Positions 32,422-40,785 of a stretch of 44,119 bases of DNA are shown here, in pieces. Origin of the DNA: a virus; IMG/VR virus record IMGVR_UViG_3300009702_000005, positions 1 through 44,119 of that record. One strand, written 5' to 3'. Under the pieces are notes generated by a model. The model ran no database searches and was not told the DNA's origin. It was given only the letters and a program-made list of their open reading frames with translations. The first letter of the stretch is position 1; each line of letters opens with the position of its first letter. Made by a program: the position numbers and the translations under genes.

Positions 32422-32880
32422 ATGCCTACGCTACCAAAGACAACTCGCAAAGACGACTACTACACTGGTAGGCGCGCCAACCTATCCAAGCGTGAAGTTC
32501 ATTCCGCGCTAGAGAAATCAAGGGGGCGCGTCTATCTTGCCTCCCAGATGCTCGAATGCCATCCAAACGCGATCTACCGTTACATGCAACGGTATCCAGA
32601 GACTAAAGCGTTCTGCGAGGAAATTCGAGAACGAGCTATTGAAGTCGTTGAAGATAAACTATTTGAAGCGGCTGAAGATGGTAAAGCGTGGGCAGTTCAA
32701 TTTTTCCTGAAATGCCAAGCTAAGCATAGAGGCTACGTCGAACGGCAAGAGCATAACGTGACAGCCGATATAGCTGCTACGCTCACTGTTGAGACTGTGA
32801 GGGAGGCATTAAGTGAGCTTAGGAATCTTGGGGCAAGTCAAGCCCTCAGAATTGCTAAAGGCAATGGCGAGTCCGGGTAG
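32422..32880 (+). CDS. terS: terminase small subunit candidate, 152 aa
   Basis: It lies immediately upstream of, and overlaps, terL. HTH-like segment SRGRVYLASQMLECHPNAIYRYMQRY. Confidence 0.55.
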   Translation: MPTLPKTTRKDDYYTGRRANLSKREVHSALEKSRGRVYLASQMLECHPNAIYRYMQRYPETKAFCEEIRERAIEVVEDKLFEAAEDGKAWAVQFFLKCQAKHRGYVERQEHNVTADIAATLTVETVREALSELRNLGASQALRIAKGNGESG

Positions 32881-34240
32881 TTTCGCTGAGACTGTCAGCG
32901 ACTACTGGATAATGGCTAAACACCTAGACGCTATCAATACTGAGCTTACTACGCTAATACTTGACCGTGATAGGCTTGACTACCGCATACTGGTCATAGA
33001 AGCCCCTCCACGACACGGCAAGAGTGATTTCATTTCTAAGCACCTACCAGTCTGGTATCTGCTTCACTATCCCCAGAATAGAGCAATTCTTGCCAGTTAT
33101 GAAGCTAACTATGCGCGTAGTTGGGGGCGTAAGGCAAGAGACCTATTTTCTGAAGTTGCACCGATAGTAGGTCTCTCAGTTAGTGCTGACGTAGCTGCAA
33201 GTTATGATTGGGAAATATCTGGGATACCTAATGCCGGTGGAATGTTGTGTGCTGGTGTAGGTGGTCCGATTACAGGACGTGGGGCTAACTTGTTAATTGT
33301 AGATGATTACTTCAAGAACTCAGAACAAGCTATCTCAGCTACAGTACGAGATAGTATTTGGGAATGGTGGCAGTCTACGGCGTACACACGATTAGAGCCT
33401 GACGGCGTAGTAGTTATCATAGCTACACGCTGGCATCCCGATGGATTGATCGGTCGAATAGGTGAGTCGTTCAACGGCGAGAAAATCAAGGTTGTCAGTC
33501 TACCAGCCGTAAGCAGAGGAAAGGACACTGACTATCTTCATAGACCCAGAGGCCGGGTATTGTGGCCGAAGCGCTGGCCTGCAACTAAGCTAAAGGCAAT
33601 TAAGAATAGCATAGATACCTATTGGTGGAATTCACTATATCAACAGTCGCCTACAGGCTATGGAGTAGCTGAATGGCCGGTAGCATACTTTCAGGATATA
33701 TACGCTAACGTACTACCCTTAGCTTATGATGCTAAGGTGTTAGCCGTAGACCCATCTAAAGGAAAGGTAACTGGCGACTACTGCTCTGCAATTTCCTCTT
33801 GCCTTTGTGGTGGTAAGGTATATATAGATGGGTTTGTTGAACGCTTACCTGTTGAGGAATTGGTGGACCGCGTACTTGACCTGCATGTAAAATATGGGTT
33901 TGACGTGATTGGGGTTGAAGCTAATGCGTTTCAAGATTTGTTAGCTCCCATGTTTGCGCATCGTGCAAGACAGAGACATTTAGGTGTAGTGCCTATTACG
34001 ATGATTCACAACACAACGAACAAAGAGTTACGAATACGAAGGATAGGGCCATACTTAGCTAGTTCACTACTACGATTCTCCCCTTCTCCGGGCATGGAAT
34101 TGTTAGTAAAACAGCTACGAGAATATCCAAACGCACAACATGATGATGGACCAGACGCGCTAGAAATGGCACTACGCCTACTGAACTGGTTGACGAAACA
34201 GAGACTACTAACAGACGAAGACGTACCGGTGATGCTATGA
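32864..34240 (+). CDS. terL: terminase large subunit, 458 aa
   Basis: Walker A-like IEAPPRHGKSDF, Walker B LLIVDDY, coupling motif IATRWHPDGLIGR, and a C-terminal nuclease region with DPS..GDY. Confidence 0.85.
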   Translation: MASPGSFAETVSDYWIMAKHLDAINTELTTLILDRDRLDYRILVIEAPPRHGKSDFISKHLPVWYLLHYPQNRAILASYEANYARSWGRKARDLFSEVAPIVGLSVSADVAASYDWEISGIPNAGGMLCAGVGGPITGRGANLLIVDDYFKNSEQAISATVRDSIWEWWQSTAYTRLEPDGVVVIIATRWHPDGLIGRIGESFNGEKIKVVSLPAVSRGKDTDYLHRPRGRVLWPKRWPATKLKAIKNSIDTYWWNSLYQQSPTGYGVAEWPVAYFQDIYANVLPLAYDAKVLAVDPSKGKVTGDYCSAISSCLCGGKVYIDGFVERLPVEELVDRVLDLHVKYGFDVIGVEANAFQDLLAPMFAHRARQRHLGVVPITMIHNTTNKELRIRRIGPYLASSLLRFSPSPGMELLVKQLREYPNAQHDDGPDALEMALRLLNWLTKQRLLTDEDVPVML

Positions 34241-34401
34241 CACGCGAAGACGACATACTTAAAGATATAGGCCGAACTAAGCGAACTATCTTGTTCGTAG
34301 TTAGATGGCTTACCGCAATAGCTAAGGGACTAGCTACTGTGATAGCTTTTGTAACGCGCAAAGGGAAAGCAAAGGATACTACACATAATGGAAAACTCTA
34401 A
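34237..34401 (+). CDS. small single-TM protein candidate, 54 aa (below the ORF-track cutoff)
   Basis: ATGA overlap with the terL stop. Sequence MTREDDILKDIGRTKRTILFVVRWLTAIAKGLATVIAFVTRKGKAKDTTHNGKL. It overlaps the portal start by 14 nt. Confidence 0.35.
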   Translation: MTREDDILKDIGRTKRTILFVVRWLTAIAKGLATVIAFVTRKGKAKDTTHNGKL

Positions 34402-37400
34402 AGACCTACAAGAGCAGCTAACAGTTGATAAGTTGAAACTTCAACTACAGATGCTTGAAGCGCAGAAACAACAAATACAAGCGGCCGGTCTATTAGAAAC
34501 AACCGGATGGGGACAACGTGTTCCCCAGAGTGAGTATCCGTGGAACGATTCATACAAAGACTTTGGGCTTGGTGCGCCGTCTACTGGTATTGTCACGCGA
34601 GTAGATGATAGGACAGACCGTAAATATCTACCAGTTTATCGTACTGAATACGACTTGCGTAGAATGCGAGCACGTCATAGGTCTCTCTTTCATTTTGTTT
34701 CTGTGATTAGTGGTCTGTCTGATACACTGGTGAACTACATAGTAGGTGAAGGATTCACTGTTGAGATAACACCTAGCAAGCAATTTGAGAGTGACCCGGA
34801 AGCTAGGCGTATATCCAATACGCTACAACTATTAGTTGACGACTTTCTTGAATCCATTGATTTCAACGGTGGGTTGGATAACGACATAGTAAACAGCACT
34901 ATCACAGATGGAGAAGTGTTTTTAGCTATGTATCCAGACTCTACTGGTAAGCGTGGCGGCTTTCCATCAGTACGTAAGATAGAGCCTGATGAAGTTACAG
35001 AGCCGCAAAACCCGCTACCGATTGAGCGATGGCTTGGTACGCTTGACCAATTCGAGAGCTTTTGGGATTTCGGCGTACACACTAGATTCTGCCCAGAGCT
35101 AAAGCGGAATGACGTAGAAAATCCGCTAGGCTATCATGTAGTCTTTAATGACGGCGGAACTGAGTGGGATTACATCCCAGAAGATCGAATGATTCATGTT
35201 AAGCGTAATGTCACGCGCAGAGCTAAGCGCGGAGTGAGCGATATATTAGCAGTCGAAGTTGAAGTTGATAAGACTGCTAAATTACGCGAGCGTACTGCTG
35301 ATGGGGCAATTGCACAAGCTGCTATTGCGTTTATTCGCCAGTGGAACGCTACTAAGTCTGACGTTGAGTCTTTAGTTAGTGAGCAGTTTGGTATTGATGT
35401 ACAACGGCCTAAAGACAGAGGCCTATCAACTAAGCGGGCTGTAGCGTTGGACCGGACAAGAATCATTGATATTCCGCAGGGAGCACAATATCAGGCTGGT
35501 CCGCTTGGTACACTACGTAGTCCGGTGTTTGTTGAAGTTGCTCAGTTTCTTTTGCGGCTTGCGGCTGTTCGTTGGGCAATGCCGGAGTTTCTTATTAGTG
35601 GTGATGCGAGCAATAATAATTTTGCATCTACACTAGTTACTGAGTCGCCATTTGTAAAAGCACGTGAGCGGGATCAGCGATTCTTTAGTAAGCCAATTAA
35701 GGAACTCATTGAAAAGTTTATACGCATCTACCATAGTACGCATAGGTTTGATCGTGTGGCTACTGAATGGAATGTGTTTCGGCGATTGTTCAATATAGTA
35801 ATTACGCCAAGCGAAGTAGCTACAAGGGATAAGCAAGCGGCAGCACAGTATAATAAAGTGTTGAATGATAGTGGAATCAAAAGTAAGAGAACGTGGGCAT
35901 CTGAGGAAGGGCTTGACTACGATGCTGAACAAGAAAATATACAGTCAGAACCGCAACAGGCATCGTCTATGCCGGGCTTTGGTGGTAGCTCACAAAGCCC
36001 TTTCCCTGAGAGTGTGATAGCAGGTATTGAAGCTATCCGCTACCATAATTCCAGTGTAGGATTGTCCGAAGGAACGTCTGGTTGTGGTACTGGCAAAGGG
36101 GGATTTGGTAACGATAATACTTGTGCTGTTGGGCATGGCAGTAATAAGAAAGACCTATTGGGTAGAGACGAGACTGATGTAACGCTGTCTGGTAAACCTG
36201 AGATAGAATTAAGATCAGAAAATGAGGATTATAAAAGAGCATCTAAAGTATTACTCGGCAAAGAAATATCGTCAGAAGACATAGCTAATCTTGTAGGTGC
36301 GCCTGATACAAGCATTGCTCATGTGACGGCAGGGTTTGCAAGTCTTGATAAGAACCAAGAAATAAGAACTTACTACCGCGATCAGTCTTTAGGGATACGG
36401 GCGTCTAGGACAATAAGTTTAGACGAATTTGGACATCCTATAATTAGAAATGAGGAGTTTATAATTTCACCGAGTAAGGAAGGTAAGGGTATTGGTACTA
36501 GAGTCTTTGCTAATGAAGTTGCTGAAGCATCTAAAGCAGGAATATCTAGTATACGTACAAATGCAGCACGAAATAGCGACCTGAATGGGTATTATACATG
36601 GCCGCGACTAGGCTACGACGGTGAGTTGCCAGAGTCTACACAGACAAAAGTACGCGATGCAGTATTCACAGGAAAACTCCCGCATAGTCCTACACTGGAT
36701 AGGGATGGAAACATCCATGTATCAGATTTAATGAAAACAGAGAAAGGTAGGAAGTGGTGGAAGGAAAATGGACATGGGTTAAATGTAGAGTTTGATCTTT
36801 CTAAAGGTTCACAATCGCGCAGAGTGTTACGCAAGTATCTTCAAAAGCGTTTTGGAGATACTATGGGAGTCACTGAATCTCAGACTCCCGCAGGCGTCCC
36901 ACAAGACCCGCAAGACCCGCAGCAAAGGCTGGAATACCCCGATACCCTTACCCCAGAGGAAGATTCGATTCTCGCGTCTGTCTGGGATGAAATAGCGGCT
37001 GAAGATGGCGCTATCCAAGAGGGTACTACAGGCTGTGGTACTGGCAAAGGGGGATTTGGCACAGGCAATACTTGTGCTGTTGGGCATGGGGGGCCGAAGA
37101 CTAAGGTATCGCCAGAGGAGGAAGCGCGTCTTAAAGCGTTACCGACAGACGAGAAGCTGAACATCATAACCGGCAACGCTGCTAAGAGGGCGGTACTTCT
37201 ACGTAACCGGTTGATTGAGAAACATGGCTTTACCTATCAACCATTGAGCGATACAGAGCCGGATAGAGGGTTTGTAGTTAGTATCTTTCCGCAAGATAGT
37301 TTGGTGTTAGAGGGGCAAAGCGCTACGCCTAAGATAATCAAGGATTACATTGTTGACCATGCTAGACGGTTTACCAATACTAAGATTAAGGTTGGTGGTT

Positions 37401-37702
37401 GGTACAGTACAGACGATGATAAGACATTCCTTGATGTGAACGTGGTATTAAAGGATAAAGCTAAGGCAATTCGTCTAGGTAAGAAACACGATCAAATTTC
37501 TATCTTCGATTTACTCACTGGTGAGACTATCTTTATTGGTGGTACTGGCGGAGTACGTGAGAGTGATAATCGCGGTACACCGATCAAATTTACTATGCTC
37601 ACGATTGATCCTAGTACAATGTCTGAAGCTGAAATTGAGACCGCAGCGGAGAAACTCGCGAAGCAATTGAACACGTTCCGTACAGAAGGGCAGGCAGCAT
37701 AG
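34388..37702 (+). CDS. portal protein fused to a ~580-aa C-terminal extension (GNAT-like domain plus an unknown domain, each preceded by a Cys/Gly-rich motif), 1104 aa
   Basis: Position directly after terL. The N-terminal ~520 aa is portal-sized. The extension contains IISPSKEGKGIGTRVFANEVAEASKAGISSIRTNAARNSDLNGYYTWPRLGYD (GNAT motif A-like) and two copies of EGT(S/T)GCGTGKGGFGxxNTCAVGHG. Confidence 0.7.
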   Translation: MENSKDLQEQLTVDKLKLQLQMLEAQKQQIQAAGLLETTGWGQRVPQSEYPWNDSYKDFGLGAPSTGIVTRVDDRTDRKYLPVYRTEYDLRRMRARHRSLFHFVSVISGLSDTLVNYIVGEGFTVEITPSKQFESDPEARRISNTLQLLVDDFLESIDFNGGLDNDIVNSTITDGEVFLAMYPDSTGKRGGFPSVRKIEPDEVTEPQNPLPIERWLGTLDQFESFWDFGVHTRFCPELKRNDVENPLGYHVVFNDGGTEWDYIPEDRMIHVKRNVTRRAKRGVSDILAVEVEVDKTAKLRERTADGAIAQAAIAFIRQWNATKSDVESLVSEQFGIDVQRPKDRGLSTKRAVALDRTRIIDIPQGAQYQAGPLGTLRSPVFVEVAQFLLRLAAVRWAMPEFLISGDASNNNFASTLVTESPFVKARERDQRFFSKPIKELIEKFIRIYHSTHRFDRVATEWNVFRRLFNIVITPSEVATRDKQAAAQYNKVLNDSGIKSKRTWASEEGLDYDAEQENIQSEPQQASSMPGFGGSSQSPFPESVIAGIEAIRYHNSSVGLSEGTSGCGTGKGGFGNDNTCAVGHGSNKKDLLGRDETDVTLSGKPEIELRSENEDYKRASKVLLGKEISSEDIANLVGAPDTSIAHVTAGFASLDKNQEIRTYYRDQSLGIRASRTISLDEFGHPIIRNEEFIISPSKEGKGIGTRVFANEVAEASKAGISSIRTNAARNSDLNGYYTWPRLGYDGELPESTQTKVRDAVFTGKLPHSPTLDRDGNIHVSDLMKTEKGRKWWKENGHGLNVEFDLSKGSQSRRVLRKYLQKRFGDTMGVTESQTPAGVPQDPQDPQQRLEYPDTLTPEEDSILASVWDEIAAEDGAIQEGTTGCGTGKGGFGTGNTCAVGHGGPKTKVSPEEEARLKALPTDEKLNIITGNAAKRAVLLRNRLIEKHGFTYQPLSDTEPDRGFVVSIFPQDSLVLEGQSATPKIIKDYIVDHARRFTNTKIKVGGWYSTDDDKTFLDVNVVLKDKAKAIRLGKKHDQISIFDLLTGETIFIGGTGGVRESDNRGTPIKFTMLTIDPSTMSEAEIETAAEKLAKQLNTFRTEGQAA
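36083..36138 (+). repeat. 56-nt direct repeat, copy 1 (51/56 identical to 37034..37089), encoding CGTGKGGFG..NTCAVGHG
   Basis: Aligned by eye. Identical 26-nt and 22-nt blocks flank an 8-nt divergent core. Confidence 0.9.
37034..37089 (+). repeat. 56-nt direct repeat, copy 2
   Basis: See copy 1. Confidence 0.9.
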
Positions 37703-37703
37703 T

Positions 37704-38663
37704 ATGGCTTTTAGTGTTCCATTAGTGTTTGGTTTACGTTTATCTCTACGAACTGCAATAGAGATACGCGCAGCTAGATTACTAAAGCACGCATTTTCTC
37801 ACTATAAACAATTGCTTGTTCGCGCTACTAAGCCTGAAGATATAGCTGGTGCATGGGACCATATGGAGTCAGAAGTAGCCGAAGCTTTATTTGTTTTCGG
37901 AGAGTCAATGTTTTTAGCTGTAGTAAGGCAGGCTAATGCTGATATGCTGGAAGGGGGTATAGAAGCTGCTATAGTAGCCCATGAGATAGCTAAGTTTGCA
38001 GCTAAAAGAATAGTTGAGCATACTAAGAGAGTGGTAGGTAATTCTCTTACACTTAATGAGTCTCTATTTCGTAGGCTTGAACAGCTTTTAGAGGACCTGT
38101 TTGGTGATAGCCGTGTTCGTAGAATCATAACAACAACAGGTACTAAGATAGAGACTAGGGCTATTGAGTTTATTGCTGAAGATAAAGAAGTTGATGAAGC
38201 TGGTACGCGGGATAGAATCAAGGTTACTAAGCTTCAACGAGCTAAGGATGGGACTATAAAAGCAGTCAATGGAAAACGTATAAAGGCAGGTAGTACGCTT
38301 GGTGGTGTGGTAGCAGATATTGACATAAAAAATGGACTAGCTAAGGCGCTTGGAAAACGTCCTAAGTTCAATAAAGATGGTAGTTTACCGGCTAGTGAAT
38401 TAGTAGAACCGTCAACAGTAGAGGGACATGAAGGTAGGAAGTTCAAAATGATATGGCGGTTAAATCCGTTATGTAATCACTGTAGTTTCTGTCCATTGAT
38501 TGCTGGAACAGATTCACTTTTCTACAAAAGATTTGTCGAAGGTCCGCCCGCACACGTAAATTGCTGTTGCAATGTCGAAATAGTATCTGTAGACTTCCCA
38601 GAGAAGACACGACCGCAAGTAGTTTTGGTATTACAGGCAGCAAGAGAAATTGGGTTGATTTAA
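37704..38663 (+). CDS. MuF / SPP1 gp7-like head morphogenesis protein, 319 aa
   Basis: C-terminal GPPAHVNCCCNVE corresponds to the PPxHxNCRC signature. Position right after the portal. Confidence 0.7.
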   Translation: MAFSVPLVFGLRLSLRTAIEIRAARLLKHAFSHYKQLLVRATKPEDIAGAWDHMESEVAEALFVFGESMFLAVVRQANADMLEGGIEAAIVAHEIAKFAAKRIVEHTKRVVGNSLTLNESLFRRLEQLLEDLFGDSRVRRIITTTGTKIETRAIEFIAEDKEVDEAGTRDRIKVTKLQRAKDGTIKAVNGKRIKAGSTLGGVVADIDIKNGLAKALGKRPKFNKDGSLPASELVEPSTVEGHEGRKFKMIWRLNPLCNHCSFCPLIAGTDSLFYKRFVEGPPAHVNCCCNVEIVSVDFPEKTRPQVVLVLQAAREIGLI

Positions 38664-38665
38664 TC

Positions 38666-39937
38666 ATGCCGTTTGCTGGATTCGCTAACTTTGCAGCATG
38701 TATCGCAGATCAGCGGAGCAAAGGTAAAGACCTAGACTCTGCTAAGAAAATCTGTGGTAAACTACAAGCGAAAGAGGGGTTTGATTCAATAGCTACTCCA
38801 GAAAGTTTGTCTGATACGGTAACACTACAAGAGTCTACTCTATCTAGTAGGGTGGACGAAGACGCTGGTGTAATCCGTAATGTCAAGATTCTAGGCTTGA
38901 CAAGTAAGAATGGTCGTATCTATTCTGTTGATGCGATCAGAGAAGCACAGCATTTGTACGATGGTGTGAAGGTCTACATAGATCATCCAGTCGGGAGAGC
39001 CGACAGACCATACGTTTCTGGGTTTGGTGAGATTCGTAATCCGAGTGTCAAAGAAAGTTCTGGTCTGTATGGAGACCTGTATTACAACACAAGGCATCCA
39101 CAAGCTAATCAAATTGCTGAGGATGCTAGACGGTTTCCAACAAACTTTGGCTTATCGCATAACGCTGAAGGAACTGTAGCAAGGAAAGGTGGTAAGCTAG
39201 TAGTGGACAAGATAAACTATGTTGAATCAGTTGACATAGTAGGGCGTCCAGCAACTAACAAAAGTCTGTTCGAGTCTTATACAGGGAGTGAGTCAGTGAA
39301 AAAATCAGTTGATCGAATTGTGAAAGACGTTCCTAGCAATACGCCGGGGTTGGTTGGATTGCTCGAACAGATGGAAGACGGAACTCTCGCGCCGACTGAT
39401 ATTGTGGACATGCCCGCGCCGGATAGTCCGAGTGAACCGGTTGATCCACAAGAACAGGTCAAGGCGGCAATTAAGGCGGCAATCATTGCAGCCTTTGAAG
39501 ACCCGACTTTGGACATTCAGGGTACGCTTGCGCAAATCAAGAAAATCCTGAAAGCTCACGAAGATATTGTTGGTCCTGTTGGTCCTGATGCGTCTCCAAA
39601 ATCTAATAAAACTCCCGCAGATACTGCTGGAGATACTGGACCAGAGACTCCCGCAGAAGACAAAGAGAAAGACAAGACGATTGAGAGTTTGCAGCGTAAG
39701 GTTAGAGCGCTGGAAATTCTTGAATCGGTCAAGGTGCCGAGTAGTTCAGTTAAGGTCAAGGCACTAATCGCGCTTGATACTGAGCGGGAAATGCGGCAAC
39801 TTGCAGAAAGTTGGTCGGGTGGCAGTATTGGTAGTGGTCGGCCTGCACAGTCCGCAGCGGCATATGGTCGTGGTGGAAGTTTTGACGCGCAAGTTGCCGG
39901 AGAAAACGGGTTTGCTAAAGCTGTTACAGGAAGGTAA
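38666..39937 (+). CDS. prohead scaffolding protein (possibly a protease-scaffold fusion), 423 aa
   Basis: Position between MuF and the capsid genes. Pro/Asp/Glu-rich linker and a C-terminal coiled-coil-like segment ESLQRKVRALEILES. No protease catalytic residues identified. Confidence 0.5.
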   Translation: MPFAGFANFAACIADQRSKGKDLDSAKKICGKLQAKEGFDSIATPESLSDTVTLQESTLSSRVDEDAGVIRNVKILGLTSKNGRIYSVDAIREAQHLYDGVKVYIDHPVGRADRPYVSGFGEIRNPSVKESSGLYGDLYYNTRHPQANQIAEDARRFPTNFGLSHNAEGTVARKGGKLVVDKINYVESVDIVGRPATNKSLFESYTGSESVKKSVDRIVKDVPSNTPGLVGLLEQMEDGTLAPTDIVDMPAPDSPSEPVDPQEQVKAAIKAAIIAAFEDPTLDIQGTLAQIKKILKAHEDIVGPVGPDASPKSNKTPADTAGDTGPETPAEDKEKDKTIESLQRKVRALEILESVKVPSSSVKVKALIALDTEREMRQLAESWSGGSIGSGRPAQSAAAYGRGGSFDAQVAGENGFAKAVTGR

Positions 39938-39945
39938 TAGCAGCG

Positions 39946-39965
39946 CACACACACACACACACACA
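39946..39965. repeat. (CA)10 dinucleotide microsatellite in the scaffold-capsid intergenic leader
   Basis: gcgCACACACACACACACACACAtacgcaca, read directly. Confidence 0.95.
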
Positions 39966-39990
39966 TACGCACATAGAGGGAGAGTGAGTG

Positions 39991-40725
39991 ATGCTTTCAT
40001 TGATGCAGGCAAGCGACCGCTTCGCTAAGTTGCTTGGTAACTATGAATTCATTGACGATTTTGACGGTGAATTTGTTGCTGAGGATTGGGCCGCAGTAGG
40101 TGATGCTACAGCCGCGCCTGTAGCGGGAGACGCTGCAAACGGTACTCTTGTTATTACGGCAGCGGCAGCAACGCCAGCCGATAATAATGAGGAGTACATT
40201 CACCGACCGAATGAGAACTTGTTGTTTGCGTCTACGCGGGAAATCATCGCGCTCTTTCGTTTACAGTACGCTGAAGCTGCAACAAACGCTGCTAACATCA
40301 TAGTCGGAATGATGGACGCAGTTGGAGCTAATGCGCTTCAGGATAACGGCGCAGGTCCGAAAGCAAGCTACAGTGGTATGGTGCTGTACAAGGTTGACGG
40401 TGGGACTAACTGGATTTTCGAGACTTCCATTGGTAGCTCGCAGACAACCACTACAAGTGAAAAGACTGCTGGCGGTAGTGGATTTGTTACGATTGGATTG
40501 ATTGCTCGCGGGTTGTCGTCTACTAAAGTTGAATGCATACCATTGCTTGACGACTCTGGCGGATTCAACATGAAACAATTACGCGATGCTAACGGCAACC
40601 TTATCAAGCACACGCTTGACCCAAGTTCTGCTACAGAAATGGAATTGATGGCAGGGCTTAAAATGGGTTCGTCTACAGCCGAAACTCTAACGCTTGACCT
40701 TGCTGCATGTGGGCAGTCTAGGTAA
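39991..40725 (+). CDS. virion structural protein (capsid decoration / jelly-roll-like candidate), 244 aa
   Basis: It lies between the scaffold and the major capsid gene. AGAGGGAGAG SD. FIDDFDGEF..W motif at the N terminus. Function not established. Confidence 0.4.
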   Translation: MLSLMQASDRFAKLLGNYEFIDDFDGEFVAEDWAAVGDATAAPVAGDAANGTLVITAAAATPADNNEEYIHRPNENLLFASTREIIALFRLQYAEAATNAANIIVGMMDAVGANALQDNGAGPKASYSGMVLYKVDGGTNWIFETSIGSSQTTTTSEKTAGGSGFVTIGLIARGLSSTKVECIPLLDDSGGFNMKQLRDANGNLIKHTLDPSSATEMELMAGLKMGSSTAETLTLDLAACGQSR

Positions 40726-40785
40726 TAGTAGTAACAACTGACAGCTAACAATCAACAAATGTGAACGGGATAGGGAGAGAGTACA

